Part shown: positions 8,007 to 17,180 of the stretch, one piece after another | Layout: each line of letters opens with the position of its first letter | Position numbering within the stretch: the first letter of the stretch is position 1 | From: an uncultured Alphaproteobacteria bacterium | Lineage (GTDB): Bacteria; Pseudomonadota; Alphaproteobacteria; RF32; CAG-239 | Reading direction: 5' to 3' | Length of the DNA: 64,000 nucleotides | Assembly (NCBI GenBank): GCA_944391425.1 | Contig: CALXTO010000001.1 | Coordinates: forward strand, 11,066-75,065 | Notes under the pieces: model-generated | Seen by the model: the letters and a program-made list of their open reading frames with translations, nothing else | Databases searched by the model: none | What the model was told of the DNA's origin: nothing | Position numbers and translations under genes: made by a program

Positions 8007-8588
8007 ATGCTTGATTTGGGAATAAAAAAATTTGAAAGATTCCGGCTTCCGGAAGAAATTATTGGCGAAAAAATTGTTTTGAAACGCCGGGCACATGAGC
8101 ATGATACCGCATTGTTTGCGTTGATAGACGGCTCTCGCGAGATTCTGCGCGAATTTTTATTTTGGGTTGATGACACGCAGAGTGTTGAAGACGTAAAAAA
8201 AGTAACGGATATTTTTGCAAAGAACTGGGACGAGTGCAACTCTTTTGAATATGTGTTTTTGGACAGACAGAGCGGAAAAATGGTCGGTGCCGGCGGGATT
8301 CATACGGTTTGTTATATGAACCGCATGGCCGAGTATGGTTATTATCTGGACAAAGACGCACGCGGCAACGGGTATGCCAGCGAATTTGTGCAGTTGATGG
8401 AAAAAGAGCTTTTTGCCAGAGGAATTCACCGCCTGGTTATTGAGTGTGATGAGAAAAATGCGGCATCGGCTGCCGTAGCTCAAAGAAACGGCTTCTTGTT
8501 TGAAGGAGTACTGCGAGATGCTAAATATGCATACGGAACCTATCGCAATGAGATGGTTTTTGCTAAGATAAACGGAGAGGACCGATGA
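8007..8588 (+). CDS. GNAT N-acetyltransferase (RimJ/RimL-like)
   Basis: Acetyltransf_3-like sequence (RGNGYASEF..., ENAASAAVAQRNGF). Start placed at the ATG at 8007 just after the panD stop. The track start at 7965 lies inside panD. Confidence 0.7.
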   Translation: MLDLGIKKFERFRLPEEIIGEKIVLKRRAHEHDTALFALIDGSREILREFLFWVDDTQSVEDVKKVTDIFAKNWDECNSFEYVFLDRQSGKMVGAGGIHTVCYMNRMAEYGYYLDKDARGNGYASEFVQLMEKELFARGIHRLVIECDEKNAASAAVAQRNGFLFEGVLRDAKYAYGTYRNEMVFAKINGEDR

Positions 8589-9556
8589 AAAACATTTTGG
8601 TTATGGGCGGCGCCGGTTATATCGGTTCGCATACGGTAAGACATTTGCAGGAACATGGCTATGGTTGTATCGTCGCGGACAATTTGATTTACGGACACAG
8701 AGAGGCTGTATCTGCATCGTCTTTCGAGTTGGCGGATTTGGCCGATAAGGCTTCTCTCAAGGCAGTCTTTGACAAATATCGGATTGATGCCGTGGTTCAT
8801 TTTGCAGCGTTTACCTATGTCGGGGAAAGTGTGGAAAATCCGCGGAAATATTACGAAAATAATGTTGTCGGAACGTTGAACCTGTTGGATGTCATGCTGG
8901 ATCATGATGTTAAAAAAATTGTTTTTTCCAGCACTTGCGCTACTTATGGTAATCCGCAATATATGCCGTTGGATGAAAAACATCCGCAGGCGCCGATTAA
9001 TCCGTACGGACGGAGTAAGTTTGTTATTGAAAAAATTTTTGAAGATTATGGCCGTGCCTATGGTTTAAAATATACTGCTTTGCGTTATTTTAATGCGGCC
9101 GGAGCATCCAAAGACGGACAAATCGGTGAGAGCCATAATCCGGAAACCCATCTTATTCCGCTGGTTTTGAAGGCGATTAAAGGCGAACGGGACTGCATCA
9201 AAGTGTTCGGAACTGATTATGATACACCGGATGGAACCTGTTTGCGCGATTATGTACATGTAGAGGATTTGGCGGCGGCGCACCGGCTGGCTTTGGAAAA
9301 ACTTGACGAATTTCAGGGCTTTTTGAATTTGGGGACGGGGATACCGACTTCTGTTTTGGAGATAATCAGGGCTGCGGAAAAAGTAAGCGGACGGAAATGT
9401 CCGGTTGTTTATGAAAAACGCCGCGCCGGAGATCCTGCCGTTTTGTATGCTGCTAACGAAGAAGCCCGTAGGGTTTTGGGGTGGAAACCCGGGTATACAG
9501 ATATTGAAGAGATTATTCGCACGGCATGGAACTGGGAAATGAACCGTAAGTTTTAG
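8585..9556 (+). CDS. galE: UDP-glucose 4-epimerase
   Basis: 323 aa. GGAGYIGSH Rossmann motif, YGRSK (YxxxK) catalytic motif, overall GalE length. ATGA overlap with the upstream gene. Confidence 0.9.
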   Translation: MKNILVMGGAGYIGSHTVRHLQEHGYGCIVADNLIYGHREAVSASSFELADLADKASLKAVFDKYRIDAVVHFAAFTYVGESVENPRKYYENNVVGTLNLLDVMLDHDVKKIVFSSTCATYGNPQYMPLDEKHPQAPINPYGRSKFVIEKIFEDYGRAYGLKYTALRYFNAAGASKDGQIGESHNPETHLIPLVLKAIKGERDCIKVFGTDYDTPDGTCLRDYVHVEDLAAAHRLALEKLDEFQGFLNLGTGIPTSVLEIIRAAEKVSGRKCPVVYEKRRAGDPAVLYAANEEARRVLGWKPGYTDIEEIIRTAWNWEMNRKF

Positions 9557-9566
9557 GAGAAAACAG

Positions 9567-9845
9567 ATGCGTTTGTGTTTATTGAGTTTGTTAATGTTTT
9601 TGTCTTTGGGCACAGGTGCTGTGTCTGCGCATTATTACCGTCATAGCGGTTATTATGACCATGGGAGCCGGCATCACCGCTATTATTCCAATAATTCCTA
9701 TACGGTGGAAGACAATACCGGGGATAAAGTGAAATATGACCGTTACGGCAATTATATTCCTGAGGAAAAGAAGCTCAACGCCAAGGAAGGCGAAAAAGTC
9801 ATATGCCGAAAAGACAAAGACGGAAAAATCATTTGCGATAACTAA
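9567..9845 (+). CDS. small secreted His/Tyr-rich protein
   Basis: 92 aa with an N-terminal signal-like segment (LCLLSLLMFLSLGTGAVSA), then HYYRHSGYYDHGSRHHRYY. No family recognised. Confidence 0.45.
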   Translation: MRLCLLSLLMFLSLGTGAVSAHYYRHSGYYDHGSRHHRYYSNNSYTVEDNTGDKVKYDRYGNYIPEEKKLNAKEGEKVICRKDKDGKIICDN

Positions 9846-11095
9846 TTCCTGAACATTTCCGAAAGCTCTTTGATTTTGGCGGTAATTTCCTCTTCGCCGA
9901 GAATATGATGGTTTTGCATAAGGATTTTGCCGTTGCAGATAACTGTATCAATGCAGGAGCTGTCGGCAGAATAAACCATGTTGGAAATTAAATTGTAGTT
10001 TGGCACCAGAAAATGGTTGTTTAAGTCAACCAAAATGCAATCAGCCAATTTGCCTTCGGCAATAATGCCGGCGTTGAGACCAAAAGCTTCCGCTCCGTTT
10101 CGGGTTGCGATTTTGAAGACTTCTTCAGCGGCTCCCGCCGTTGGATTCATGCTTTGTATTTTGGCAGAAAGAGCGCAAAGCTTCATCTCCTCCAGCATAC
10201 TCAGATTGTTGTTGGAGGCCATGCTGTCTGTGCCGAGTGTAATGATGCAGCCTTTTTCCAAGAGCTTTTGAAATTGAAAAACACCGGAAGCCAGTTTGTA
10301 GTTGGAAACGGGGTTGGTGCAGAGGCGGACTTTTTTGCGGGACAGAAGTTCAATGTCCCGGTCGTTGAGAAAAATCGCATGGGCAAGGATTGTCTTTTCA
10401 TTCAGAGCACCCAAACGGTCAAGATATTCAATCGGCGTGCAACCGTTTTGGCTCAGACAGTCGTCCACTTCTTTCTGTGTTTCGCAGGCATGAATATGCA
10501 GATACATATTGTTTTTGCGGGCGGTTTCCGTCGTGTAGCGTATAAGTTCCGGGGAAGCGCTGTAAACGGCGTGGATGGTTAAGACTTTGGCGGTAATTTC
10601 GGGGCAGGGATGAGGACAGTTCAGGTAGGCGTCGGTTTTACGTTTTTCCTGCTCGCAGCGCGCACAGTCAAACAAATCAAGGGCGCTGTGCGATGCAGCG
10701 ACCCGAATTCCCATTTCTGCCGCTGCTTTGAGAATAACCTGCGGTTCAAAATACATATCGGCAAAAAAGACAGTACCGGTTTTTATCATTTCCAAAATTG
10801 AAAATTTGGTGGCATGGTAAATAATATCCGACGTGAGGCGCGCTTCCCGGGGCCAAATATCGTCATGGAGCCAGGAAAACAGCTCTTTGTCGTCGCTAAT
10901 GCCGCGAAAAACGCTCATTCCGGCATGAGAATGTGTGTTGTAAAAACCGGGAAGAATGGCTTTGCCGCTGCCGTCAATGACATTGTCCGTCCGGGTGTTC
11001 AGATTGGGGGCAATTCGGGAAAAGGTATTGTTTTCAATCAGAACATCTGTTTGCTTTTGGTTGTGGACAACATTTCGGATTAAAAGGGAAGTCAT
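9842..11095 (-). CDS. mtaD: amidohydrolase, 5-methylthioadenosine/S-adenosylhomocysteine deaminase-like
   Basis: 417 aa. LPGFYNTHSHAGMS metal-binding HxH motif and overall chlorohydrolase/MtaD-like layout. Confidence 0.7.
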   Translation of the reverse strand: MTSLLIRNVVHNQKQTDVLIENNTFSRIAPNLNTRTDNVIDGSGKAILPGFYNTHSHAGMSVFRGISDDKELFSWLHDDIWPREARLTSDIIYHATKFSILEMIKTGTVFFADMYFEPQVILKAAAEMGIRVAASHSALDLFDCARCEQEKRKTDAYLNCPHPCPEITAKVLTIHAVYSASPELIRYTTETARKNNMYLHIHACETQKEVDDCLSQNGCTPIEYLDRLGALNEKTILAHAIFLNDRDIELLSRKKVRLCTNPVSNYKLASGVFQFQKLLEKGCIITLGTDSMASNNNLSMLEEMKLCALSAKIQSMNPTAGAAEEVFKIATRNGAEAFGLNAGIIAEGKLADCILVDLNNHFLVPNYNLISNMVYSADSSCIDTVICNGKILMQNHHILGEEEITAKIKELSEMFRN

Positions 11096-11106
11096 TGGCG
11101 TCCTCG

Positions 11107-11814
11107 TCAGCGGTTAGTGATTAAATCATCAATAAAAGCGGGCAGGGTGGAACCTGCCTTGCCAAAAATATGGCGGTCAAAATAGTAATTGTTGGAAGTC
11201 GGCTCAAGGTTAAATTCAACTGTTTCCGCACCGTTGAGCTTGGCAATCTGTACAAAGGCGGCCGCCGGAAAAACAACGCCGGAAGTGCCGACGGAAAGAA
11301 AAAGGTCACAAGTGCGCAGCAGCCGGTCGACTTCATCCATGCAAAGCAGATTTTCGCCAAAGAAAACAATATTGGGTTTCATCATGCCCATGATCTGACA
11401 ATGCGGGCAGACTGTTTCTGTGTCGACATCGCCAAAAGTTTCCAGAATCTGTCCGCAGTTTTGGCAGACTGCCTGATTGATTTGCCCATGAATATGATAA
11501 ATGTTGCGGCTGCCGGCTTTTTCATGCAGGGTATCAACATTCTGGGTAACAATGCTGATCCGGGCCGGATATTCGTTTTGCAGCCTGGTGAGCGCCAAAT
11601 GAGCCGGGTTAGGCTGCGCTTTAACAAGTTCTTGTTTGAGTTCGTTGTAAAAAGCGTGAACATAAGCCGGATTGCGCTGAAAACCTTCAACAGTGGCCAC
11701 GTCTTCAACCGGATGGTTATTCCATAATCCATTGGAGCTGCGAAAAGTCGCCAACCCGGATTCAGCGGAAATTCCGGCACCGGTTAAAATAACGATATTT
11801 TGATATTGCGGCAT
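11107..11814 (-). CDS. cobB: NAD-dependent protein deacylase (sirtuin)
   Basis: 235 aa. GAGISAESG, QNVDTLHEKAG, and Zn ribbon CQNC...CPHC. Short CobB-type sirtuin. Confidence 0.9.
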   Translation of the reverse strand: MPQYQNIVILTGAGISAESGLATFRSSNGLWNNHPVEDVATVEGFQRNPAYVHAFYNELKQELVKAQPNPAHLALTRLQNEYPARISIVTQNVDTLHEKAGSRNIYHIHGQINQAVCQNCGQILETFGDVDTETVCPHCQIMGMMKPNIVFFGENLLCMDEVDRLLRTCDLFLSVGTSGVVFPAAAFVQIAKLNGAETVEFNLEPTSNNYYFDRHIFGKAGSTLPAFIDDLITNR

Positions 11815-11908
11815 TTTTTATCCTTTCGGTTTCAGGATAGCTTTATTTTGCTAATTTTTGGTGAAAATTATTATTTTTTGTTTTATAGTAACCGCAAGGA
11901 GATTGTAA

Positions 11909-12433
11909 ATGGCTTTTTTGTTGTTGTCGTGCTGTGCACCGTGTTCCTGCGCGGTTATTGAAAAGCTTGCCGCTGCCGGAGAGCAGTTCGGCGTGGTTTT
12001 TTATAATCCAAACATTCGGCCCGAAGAAGAATATCGTAAACGTTGTGAAGAGAACAAAAGAGTCTGTCTGGTGTATCAGGTGCCGTTTACGGAACTGGAA
12101 TATGACAATGACCGTTGGTGCAGACTGACTACCGGGTTGGAGAACGAGCCGGAACGCGGGCGGCGTTGCAGTGTTTGTTTTTATATGCGTTTGAAGCGCG
12201 TTATGGAATATGCAAAAGAGAACGGATATGAAGCAGTTGCTTCGGTGTTGGGCGTTTCACGCTATAAAGATTTATCCCAGGTTAATCGGGCGGCGGCCCG
12301 GGCGGCAGAAGAAACCGGCGTGCCGTATTTGGAAGTGGAAGGGCGCAAAGGCGGTATGCAGGAAAGACGTGCCCAACTCATTAAGGAGTTGGGTCTTTAT
12401 AACCAGAATTATTGCGGCTGCAAGCCCCGTTAG
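11909..12433 (+). CDS. queH: epoxyqueuosine reductase QueH (DUF208)
   Basis: N-terminal SCCAPCS, YNPNIRPEEEY and C-terminal YCGC motifs are characteristic of DUF208/QueH. Confidence 0.8.
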   Translation: MAFLLLSCCAPCSCAVIEKLAAAGEQFGVVFYNPNIRPEEEYRKRCEENKRVCLVYQVPFTELEYDNDRWCRLTTGLENEPERGRRCSVCFYMRLKRVMEYAKENGYEAVASVLGVSRYKDLSQVNRAAARAAEETGVPYLEVEGRKGGMQERRAQLIKELGLYNQNYCGCKPR

Positions 12434-13347
12434 TTCTTTTCGCGCGGTTCAAAAAAGAAGAGAAATTTCTTTTTTTGGGTATGGCGCGTGGTAAGAATGT
12501 CGCCATAAAGGTAGCGGTAACGCAAAGGGTTGAGTTCAGGCGGCAAAGGCAGCCCGTTTTTCCACAACGAATAAACAAAGCTGACCTGATCACGGCGAGA
12601 GAAGTCTTTGACCATTTGCCACCAGGTCTGCATGGCTGTTTTGATTTCCGGATTGTTGTTGCGGCGATAGAGGATATGCGTTTCATACATACCGTAGTTT
12701 TCGGGAAAGCCCTCGCTTTTCATCAGGTCATATTCTTTTTGGATGAGGGCAGGGTCGTCTTTGCGTCGTTTCATGCATTCCTGAGCTTCCAGATACGAGC
12801 ATTTGCGCGTATGCATGGCGACGGCCATCGGGGCGCCGGAGGCACGGATTTTTTGCAGGTCGCTGTATAAAAGAGGGCTTAAAATGTCAATGTTACTGTC
12901 AATCCAGAGTGTTTCCTCATATTCGGGGAACAACTGCTGCCCCATGATTTTGTGCCATCTGGCATTGCGAACTTTGTCAAGCTCTGCGAATGCCAGCGGG
13001 CGGAAATCCCATGGATAGTCTTCGGGAGCGTAAGCTTCCGGATTTTCTACGAAAAAGACATAGTCAAAGTCCGGATTGATAAACTTCAGCTGCATGGGCG
13101 GGTCGTAGTTGGATGTAATGCAGGAATAGACAACCAGTTTGGCTTTGCGCTTTTTTTGCTGTTGTCTGTAGTCACTGACAAGGCGGCGGTAGTTTCTTTT
13201 GATGCTGTAGATTTCCCACAACCGTTTGAACGATCCGAGATATGACCAATAGAAAAAGGTTTTGCGGAGATTTCTGGACGGGTTGGTGCGAAACAGAAAC
13301 TGCATGAAATAGAAGTAAAAACCGCGTTTTAACGAATATGGTTGCAT
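12430..13347 (-). CDS. putative glycosyltransferase (DUF616-like)
   Basis: 305 aa. KLVVYSCITSNYDPP resembles the DUF616 signature (from memory). Convergent 4-nt overlap with queH. Confidence 0.5.
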   Translation of the reverse strand: MQPYSLKRGFYFYFMQFLFRTNPSRNLRKTFFYWSYLGSFKRLWEIYSIKRNYRRLVSDYRQQQKKRKAKLVVYSCITSNYDPPMQLKFINPDFDYVFFVENPEAYAPEDYPWDFRPLAFAELDKVRNARWHKIMGQQLFPEYEETLWIDSNIDILSPLLYSDLQKIRASGAPMAVAMHTRKCSYLEAQECMKRRKDDPALIQKEYDLMKSEGFPENYGMYETHILYRRNNNPEIKTAMQTWWQMVKDFSRRDQVSFVYSLWKNGLPLPPELNPLRYRYLYGDILTTRHTQKKKFLFFFEPREKN

Positions 13348-13351
13348 TTTG

Positions 13352-13378
13352 TTTTCCTGTATTTGACAAACAGGAAAA
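13352..13378 (-). promoter_or_regulatory. 9-bp perfect hairpin covering the Shine-Dalgarno of the DUF616-like gene
   Basis: The minus-strand mRNA reads UUUUCCUGU-(9 nt)-ACAGGAAAA-CAAA-AUG. The AGGAAA SD lies entirely in the 3' arm. Confidence 0.35.
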
Positions 13379-13565
13379 TTATATCTTTATTTGCCGTTGA
13401 TTTAAATATTCAATTTGAATATGTGGACAAATGAAGTTGATTGAGTTTGCAGTTTCGGAGCTTTTGGGCATAGACATAATTTTCTGTTAGTATATGTTTT
13501 TTCTTGTGTTATATCTTGGAAAGGGAATGTAAAATGAGCTGTCTTTAATTGATAAAGTACTGCCG

Positions 13566-14456
13566 ATGATTTATGACTGTTTTCCCTTTTTTAATGAACT
13601 TGATTTGCTTGAAATCCGTCTTAATGTTTTAAACGGCGTTGTGGACAAGTTTGTGCTGGTGGAAGCAACGCAAACCTTTAATGGCGAAAGCAAGCCTCTG
13701 TATTTTAACGAAAATAAACAACGCTTTGCACGTTTTGCCGATAAGATTATTCATATCGTTTGCGATGAGGATTTTTCAGGGGAGAAAAATCCTTGGGTTA
13801 TTGAGCATAAACAGCGTAATTATATTGCCAAGGGCTGGCAAAACTGCCAAGATGAAGACGTGATTATGATTTCGGATCTGGATGAAATTCCTAATCCCGA
13901 AAAAATAATTAAATATAAAGATGTTCCCGGCATCAAATGTTTTCGGAACAATTTTTATTATTACTATCTGAATTATATTTGTGTTGATGATCCGGTATGG
14001 AAAAAAGGGACGCGTATGCTTAAATATAAGGACTGCCGAAACAGTCTTGATGCGGAAAAAGTACGGATGAACAGCCATTTGCCGGATGAATACAAACAAG
14101 GAACAACGCCCAATAAAATACGTTATTATAAAAAAGGCCTGTGGGTACGGAACGGTGGTTGGCATTTCAGTTATTTGGGTGGTGCCGAGGCCATTCGCAA
14201 GAAGATTTTATCCATTTCGCATACGGAGTTCCATAAACCGGAATATACGGATATTAAGAAAATTGAAGAAAGGATTGCTGCCGGAGACGATTTGTTTGGG
14301 CGGGGAATGCGTTTTCGGGCCGTGGCCATTGATAAAAGTTACCCACAGTATATTAGAAATAATCTTATAAAATACAATAAGTTGATAATGTTTTCAGAAA
14401 GTCTTAGGTTAACAATATTCGACAAGATTAAGATTTTTATTAAAAATATCTTTTAA
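13566..14456 (+). CDS. glycosyltransferase family 17-like
   Basis: The N-terminus MIYDCFPFFNELDLLEIRLNVL matches the characteristic start of GT17 (beta-1,4-mannosyl-glycoprotein GlcNAc-transferase-like) proteins. Confidence 0.7.
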   Translation: MIYDCFPFFNELDLLEIRLNVLNGVVDKFVLVEATQTFNGESKPLYFNENKQRFARFADKIIHIVCDEDFSGEKNPWVIEHKQRNYIAKGWQNCQDEDVIMISDLDEIPNPEKIIKYKDVPGIKCFRNNFYYYYLNYICVDDPVWKKGTRMLKYKDCRNSLDAEKVRMNSHLPDEYKQGTTPNKIRYYKKGLWVRNGGWHFSYLGGAEAIRKKILSISHTEFHKPEYTDIKKIEERIAAGDDLFGRGMRFRAVAIDKSYPQYIRNNLIKYNKLIMFSESLRLTIFDKIKIFIKNIF

Positions 14457-14465
14457 AGGGGTTTT

Positions 14466-15392
14466 ATGTTTTGGAAAAAATGGTTTGAGCCAAAACCTTT
14501 TAATGAAGGTTTTTTGCCGGAAAAAGAAGGACATAAAGTTTTTTTTGCAGAATTTGGGAATCCGGAAGGAGTACCGATTTTGTGTTTTCATGGCGGTCCG
14601 GGAGGCGGGAGCCGCCCGCAGCAGGCGCGATTTGCGGATTTGAAACGTTTTCGGGTGATTTTGTTTGACCAAAGAGGATGCGGGAGATCTCTTCCTGCCG
14701 GTGAGCTGAAAAACAACACGACTCAGGATTTATTAAAAGATGCAGAACGTTTGCTTGATTATTTGAAAATAAAGGAAAAAGTAATTTTGAGAGGTGCTTC
14801 CTGGGGTGCTGCGTTGGCTTTGTTGTTTGCCGAAAAACATGCTCGTAAAATTTGCGGTTTATTGTTGTCGCAGGTTTTTTTGGCGGATAAGGCGGCGCAG
14901 GAATGGGAAATTGAAGGAAACCGCAATTTTTATCCTGATTTTGTGGCGGAAATGGAGAGTAAGGCGAGGGGGAATATTCGTTCTTTTTATGAAGCGGAAA
15001 TTAATTCAAAAAGCGTAAAAAGGCAGCTTAATGCCGCCAATCATTACGGTTTTTTTGAACGAATATGCGGCAGTCTGACGCCGGCATGGGGTGTTTGCTC
15101 CGAGTTGAGCGAAAAAGAACTTGCAAGCCAGCGCGTTTTTCTGCACTATGCGGCGCAGAATTTTATGCTCGGCGAACGCGAAATTATGGATAATATTGAA
15201 AAAATCAAGCAAATTCCTGCAGTTATCGTGCATAATCGTCTGGATTTCGTTTGTCCGCCGAAGGGGGCGTATGATGTGCACCGGGTACTTTTAAAGTCAA
15301 AATTGGTGATTGTTCCTGAAAAAGGGCATGTCGGCAGGCTTTTAGCCAAAGCTATCCGTACGGAATTTGCGGCTTGGCTGCGAAATATGTGA
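14466..15392 (+). CDS. pip: proline iminopeptidase (alpha/beta hydrolase)
   Basis: 308 aa. FHGGPGGG oxyanion motif and GASWGA nucleophile elbow typical of prolyl aminopeptidase. Confidence 0.85.
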   Translation: MFWKKWFEPKPFNEGFLPEKEGHKVFFAEFGNPEGVPILCFHGGPGGGSRPQQARFADLKRFRVILFDQRGCGRSLPAGELKNNTTQDLLKDAERLLDYLKIKEKVILRGASWGAALALLFAEKHARKICGLLLSQVFLADKAAQEWEIEGNRNFYPDFVAEMESKARGNIRSFYEAEINSKSVKRQLNAANHYGFFERICGSLTPAWGVCSELSEKELASQRVFLHYAAQNFMLGEREIMDNIEKIKQIPAVIVHNRLDFVCPPKGAYDVHRVLLKSKLVIVPEKGHVGRLLAKAIRTEFAAWLRNM

Positions 15393-15415
15393 TTCCCGGT
15401 ATTTGAGACAGAGGC

Positions 15416-16003
15416 ATGAAAAAAGAGTTTTATATTTTCCGGCACGGACAAACAACATTTAATGTCGAGGGAAGAATTCAAGGGCAGCTTGATGATTCGG
15501 TCTTAACACCTTTGGGGGTTCGCCAGGTTAAAAGAATAGGTAAGCTTCTGGCAAACAGGAAGGTTGATGTTCTGGTTTGTTCGCCACTCAGACGGACAAG
15601 GCAAAGCGCCGAATTGGTTAATGCTTTTATCGGTGTGCCGCTGTTGGAAGATCGTCGTTTTCGTGAAGCGGAGATCGGCAAGGCCGAAGGGCTGCTGCAT
15701 GCGGAGATTGAAGATAAGTATCCGGATAAATACCGTCAATGGAAAAGTTCGGCCTGTGAATTTGACAATATTTGTTTTGAAGGTGGAGAAACAAAGAAGC
15801 AAATCCGTGGACGCGTTATGGATGCCTTACTGGATTATGCCGATAAGTCAGATTATAAAATTGTTGCTGTTTCAACACACAGGATTGTCATTGAGCAAAT
15901 CATGATTGCTTTGGGCGCCGGATATATTGATGTCAGGAACGGAGCAATCCTTCATATTGTTTATCAGAACGGAATGTGGAAGATCATCGGCTGGCTGGAA
16001 TGA
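15416..16003 (+). CDS. histidine phosphatase family protein (GpmB-like)
   Basis: The FRHGQTTFN N-terminal RHG motif defines histidine phosphatase branch 1. Confidence 0.8.
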   Translation: MKKEFYIFRHGQTTFNVEGRIQGQLDDSVLTPLGVRQVKRIGKLLANRKVDVLVCSPLRRTRQSAELVNAFIGVPLLEDRRFREAEIGKAEGLLHAEIEDKYPDKYRQWKSSACEFDNICFEGGETKKQIRGRVMDALLDYADKSDYKIVAVSTHRIVIEQIMIALGAGYIDVRNGAILHIVYQNGMWKIIGWLE

Positions 16004-16273
16004 ATTTTCAGCGAGCTGAAGTATAATTTATCGGAAAAAATGATTTTGCTCGTTGTGAGAGCCTTAAATTTGTTTTTTATGTTTATCGAGGTTTTATTTT
16101 TATTGCTTCTGTTGTTTTTTATATCTCCTTACTATACATAATAAACATTATGCGACAAAAGTTTGTGAAAACAATAATGCTTCCCTCACTTAAAATTATT
16201 CAATTTCAAGGTGTTGTCCTTGTTTGACAAAATCCGTATATGCTTTTGTTGGGCGTGTTTTGGGGTTGCGTTG

Positions 16274-16618
16274 TTATTTGTTGATGATGAGTTTGATGAG
16301 ATTCATCAGAAAAACGATTGCCATAAAAGTTACGGCTCTGGCGGCAAAAGTTATCAACCCCGCTCCGTGTCCGAGTACGACAAACTGGATAATGATTGCA
16401 GCGGCCACGGCGCAGCCGGCAATAATCAGCCAGTAATTTTTGTTTCCAAGGAAAATAAAGGCGCAAACGGCAGCGGATACGGCTAAAATGTTGCTTCCCG
16501 CAAAGTTAAAGCACAGGCCGACAAAATGTTTAACAGCTGCGATATTGAAGATATATCCGGCCGCGACAATGATGAGCGCTGCGGTTAGAATAGTAAAGTA
16601 GGATTTAGTTTTGGTCAT
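16274..16618 (-). CDS. small hydrophobic membrane protein
   Basis: 114 aa, 3-4 predicted TM segments. Overlaps the stop of the upstream HD gene by 14 nt (coupled). Confidence 0.5.
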   Translation of the reverse strand: MTKTKSYFTILTAALIIVAAGYIFNIAAVKHFVGLCFNFAGSNILAVSAAVCAFIFLGNKNYWLIIAGCAVAAAIIIQFVVLGHGAGLITFAARAVTFMAIVFLMNLIKLIINK

Positions 16619-17180
16619 GGTTTTCCCTTTCAGAAATCAGTATGTTTAAAATATTTTGAATGGATTCAATATCCGAAGATGCAATTTTTTCAATCTGTTT
16701 GCGCGCATAAGCTGAAAATTCTGCAAATACGGGAGTTTCTGAGCGCTTGCTGCAGTCATAGTAACAGGCCGCAAAAACGGTATCGAGCTTATCAATTGCT
16801 TTAACAAAACGAGATTCCGCCGTTTTCTGAGCTTCAAATTCGGCAAACAAATCCAAGAGACGGGGTGATTCCAGTTCTTGAGCGATGCGTTGCATGCCCT
16901 GCTCTTCCAAAAGATGTTTTTGTATCGGAGAGATATTGTCGCAAGGCGTATAGTCGCCGCTGTAAAGTTCGGCGAGATCGTGAATCAGAGCCAATTCCAG
17001 GCAGCGGCAGCGGTTAAGATGTTCCGGGGCCAGTAAAAAAGTCAGGAAGCAAACACTAAAGCTGTGGTCAGCATCGCTTTCGGGAGAAAGTACGCCGCGT
17101 TTAAGCCAGCCGGAACGTTTTAAGTCTTTAAAACGCCCCAGGATGTTTGTCAGGTTATATATTTGCTTTTTATTTAACAT
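16605..17180 (-). CDS. HD-domain phosphohydrolase (YfbR-like)
   Basis: 191 aa. RSGWLKRGV, ESDADHSF and HDLAELYSGD motifs of HD superfamily 5'-nucleotidases. Confidence 0.75.
   Translation of the reverse strand: MLNKKQIYNLTNILGRFKDLKRSGWLKRGVLSPESDADHSFSVCFLTFLLAPEHLNRCRCLELALIHDLAELYSGDYTPCDNISPIQKHLLEEQGMQRIAQELESPRLLDLFAEFEAQKTAESRFVKAIDKLDTVFAACYYDCSKRSETPVFAEFSAYARKQIEKIASSDIESIQNILNILISERENHDQN

Noticed and set aside
11107-11814. SIR2-domain protein as a candidate anti-phage defence effector (Thoeris/DSR-like)
   Set aside because: It is a short 235-aa CobB-type sirtuin with an intact Zn ribbon and catalytic motifs. It has no extra sensor or effector domains and no partner genes, so it is a housekeeping deacylase.
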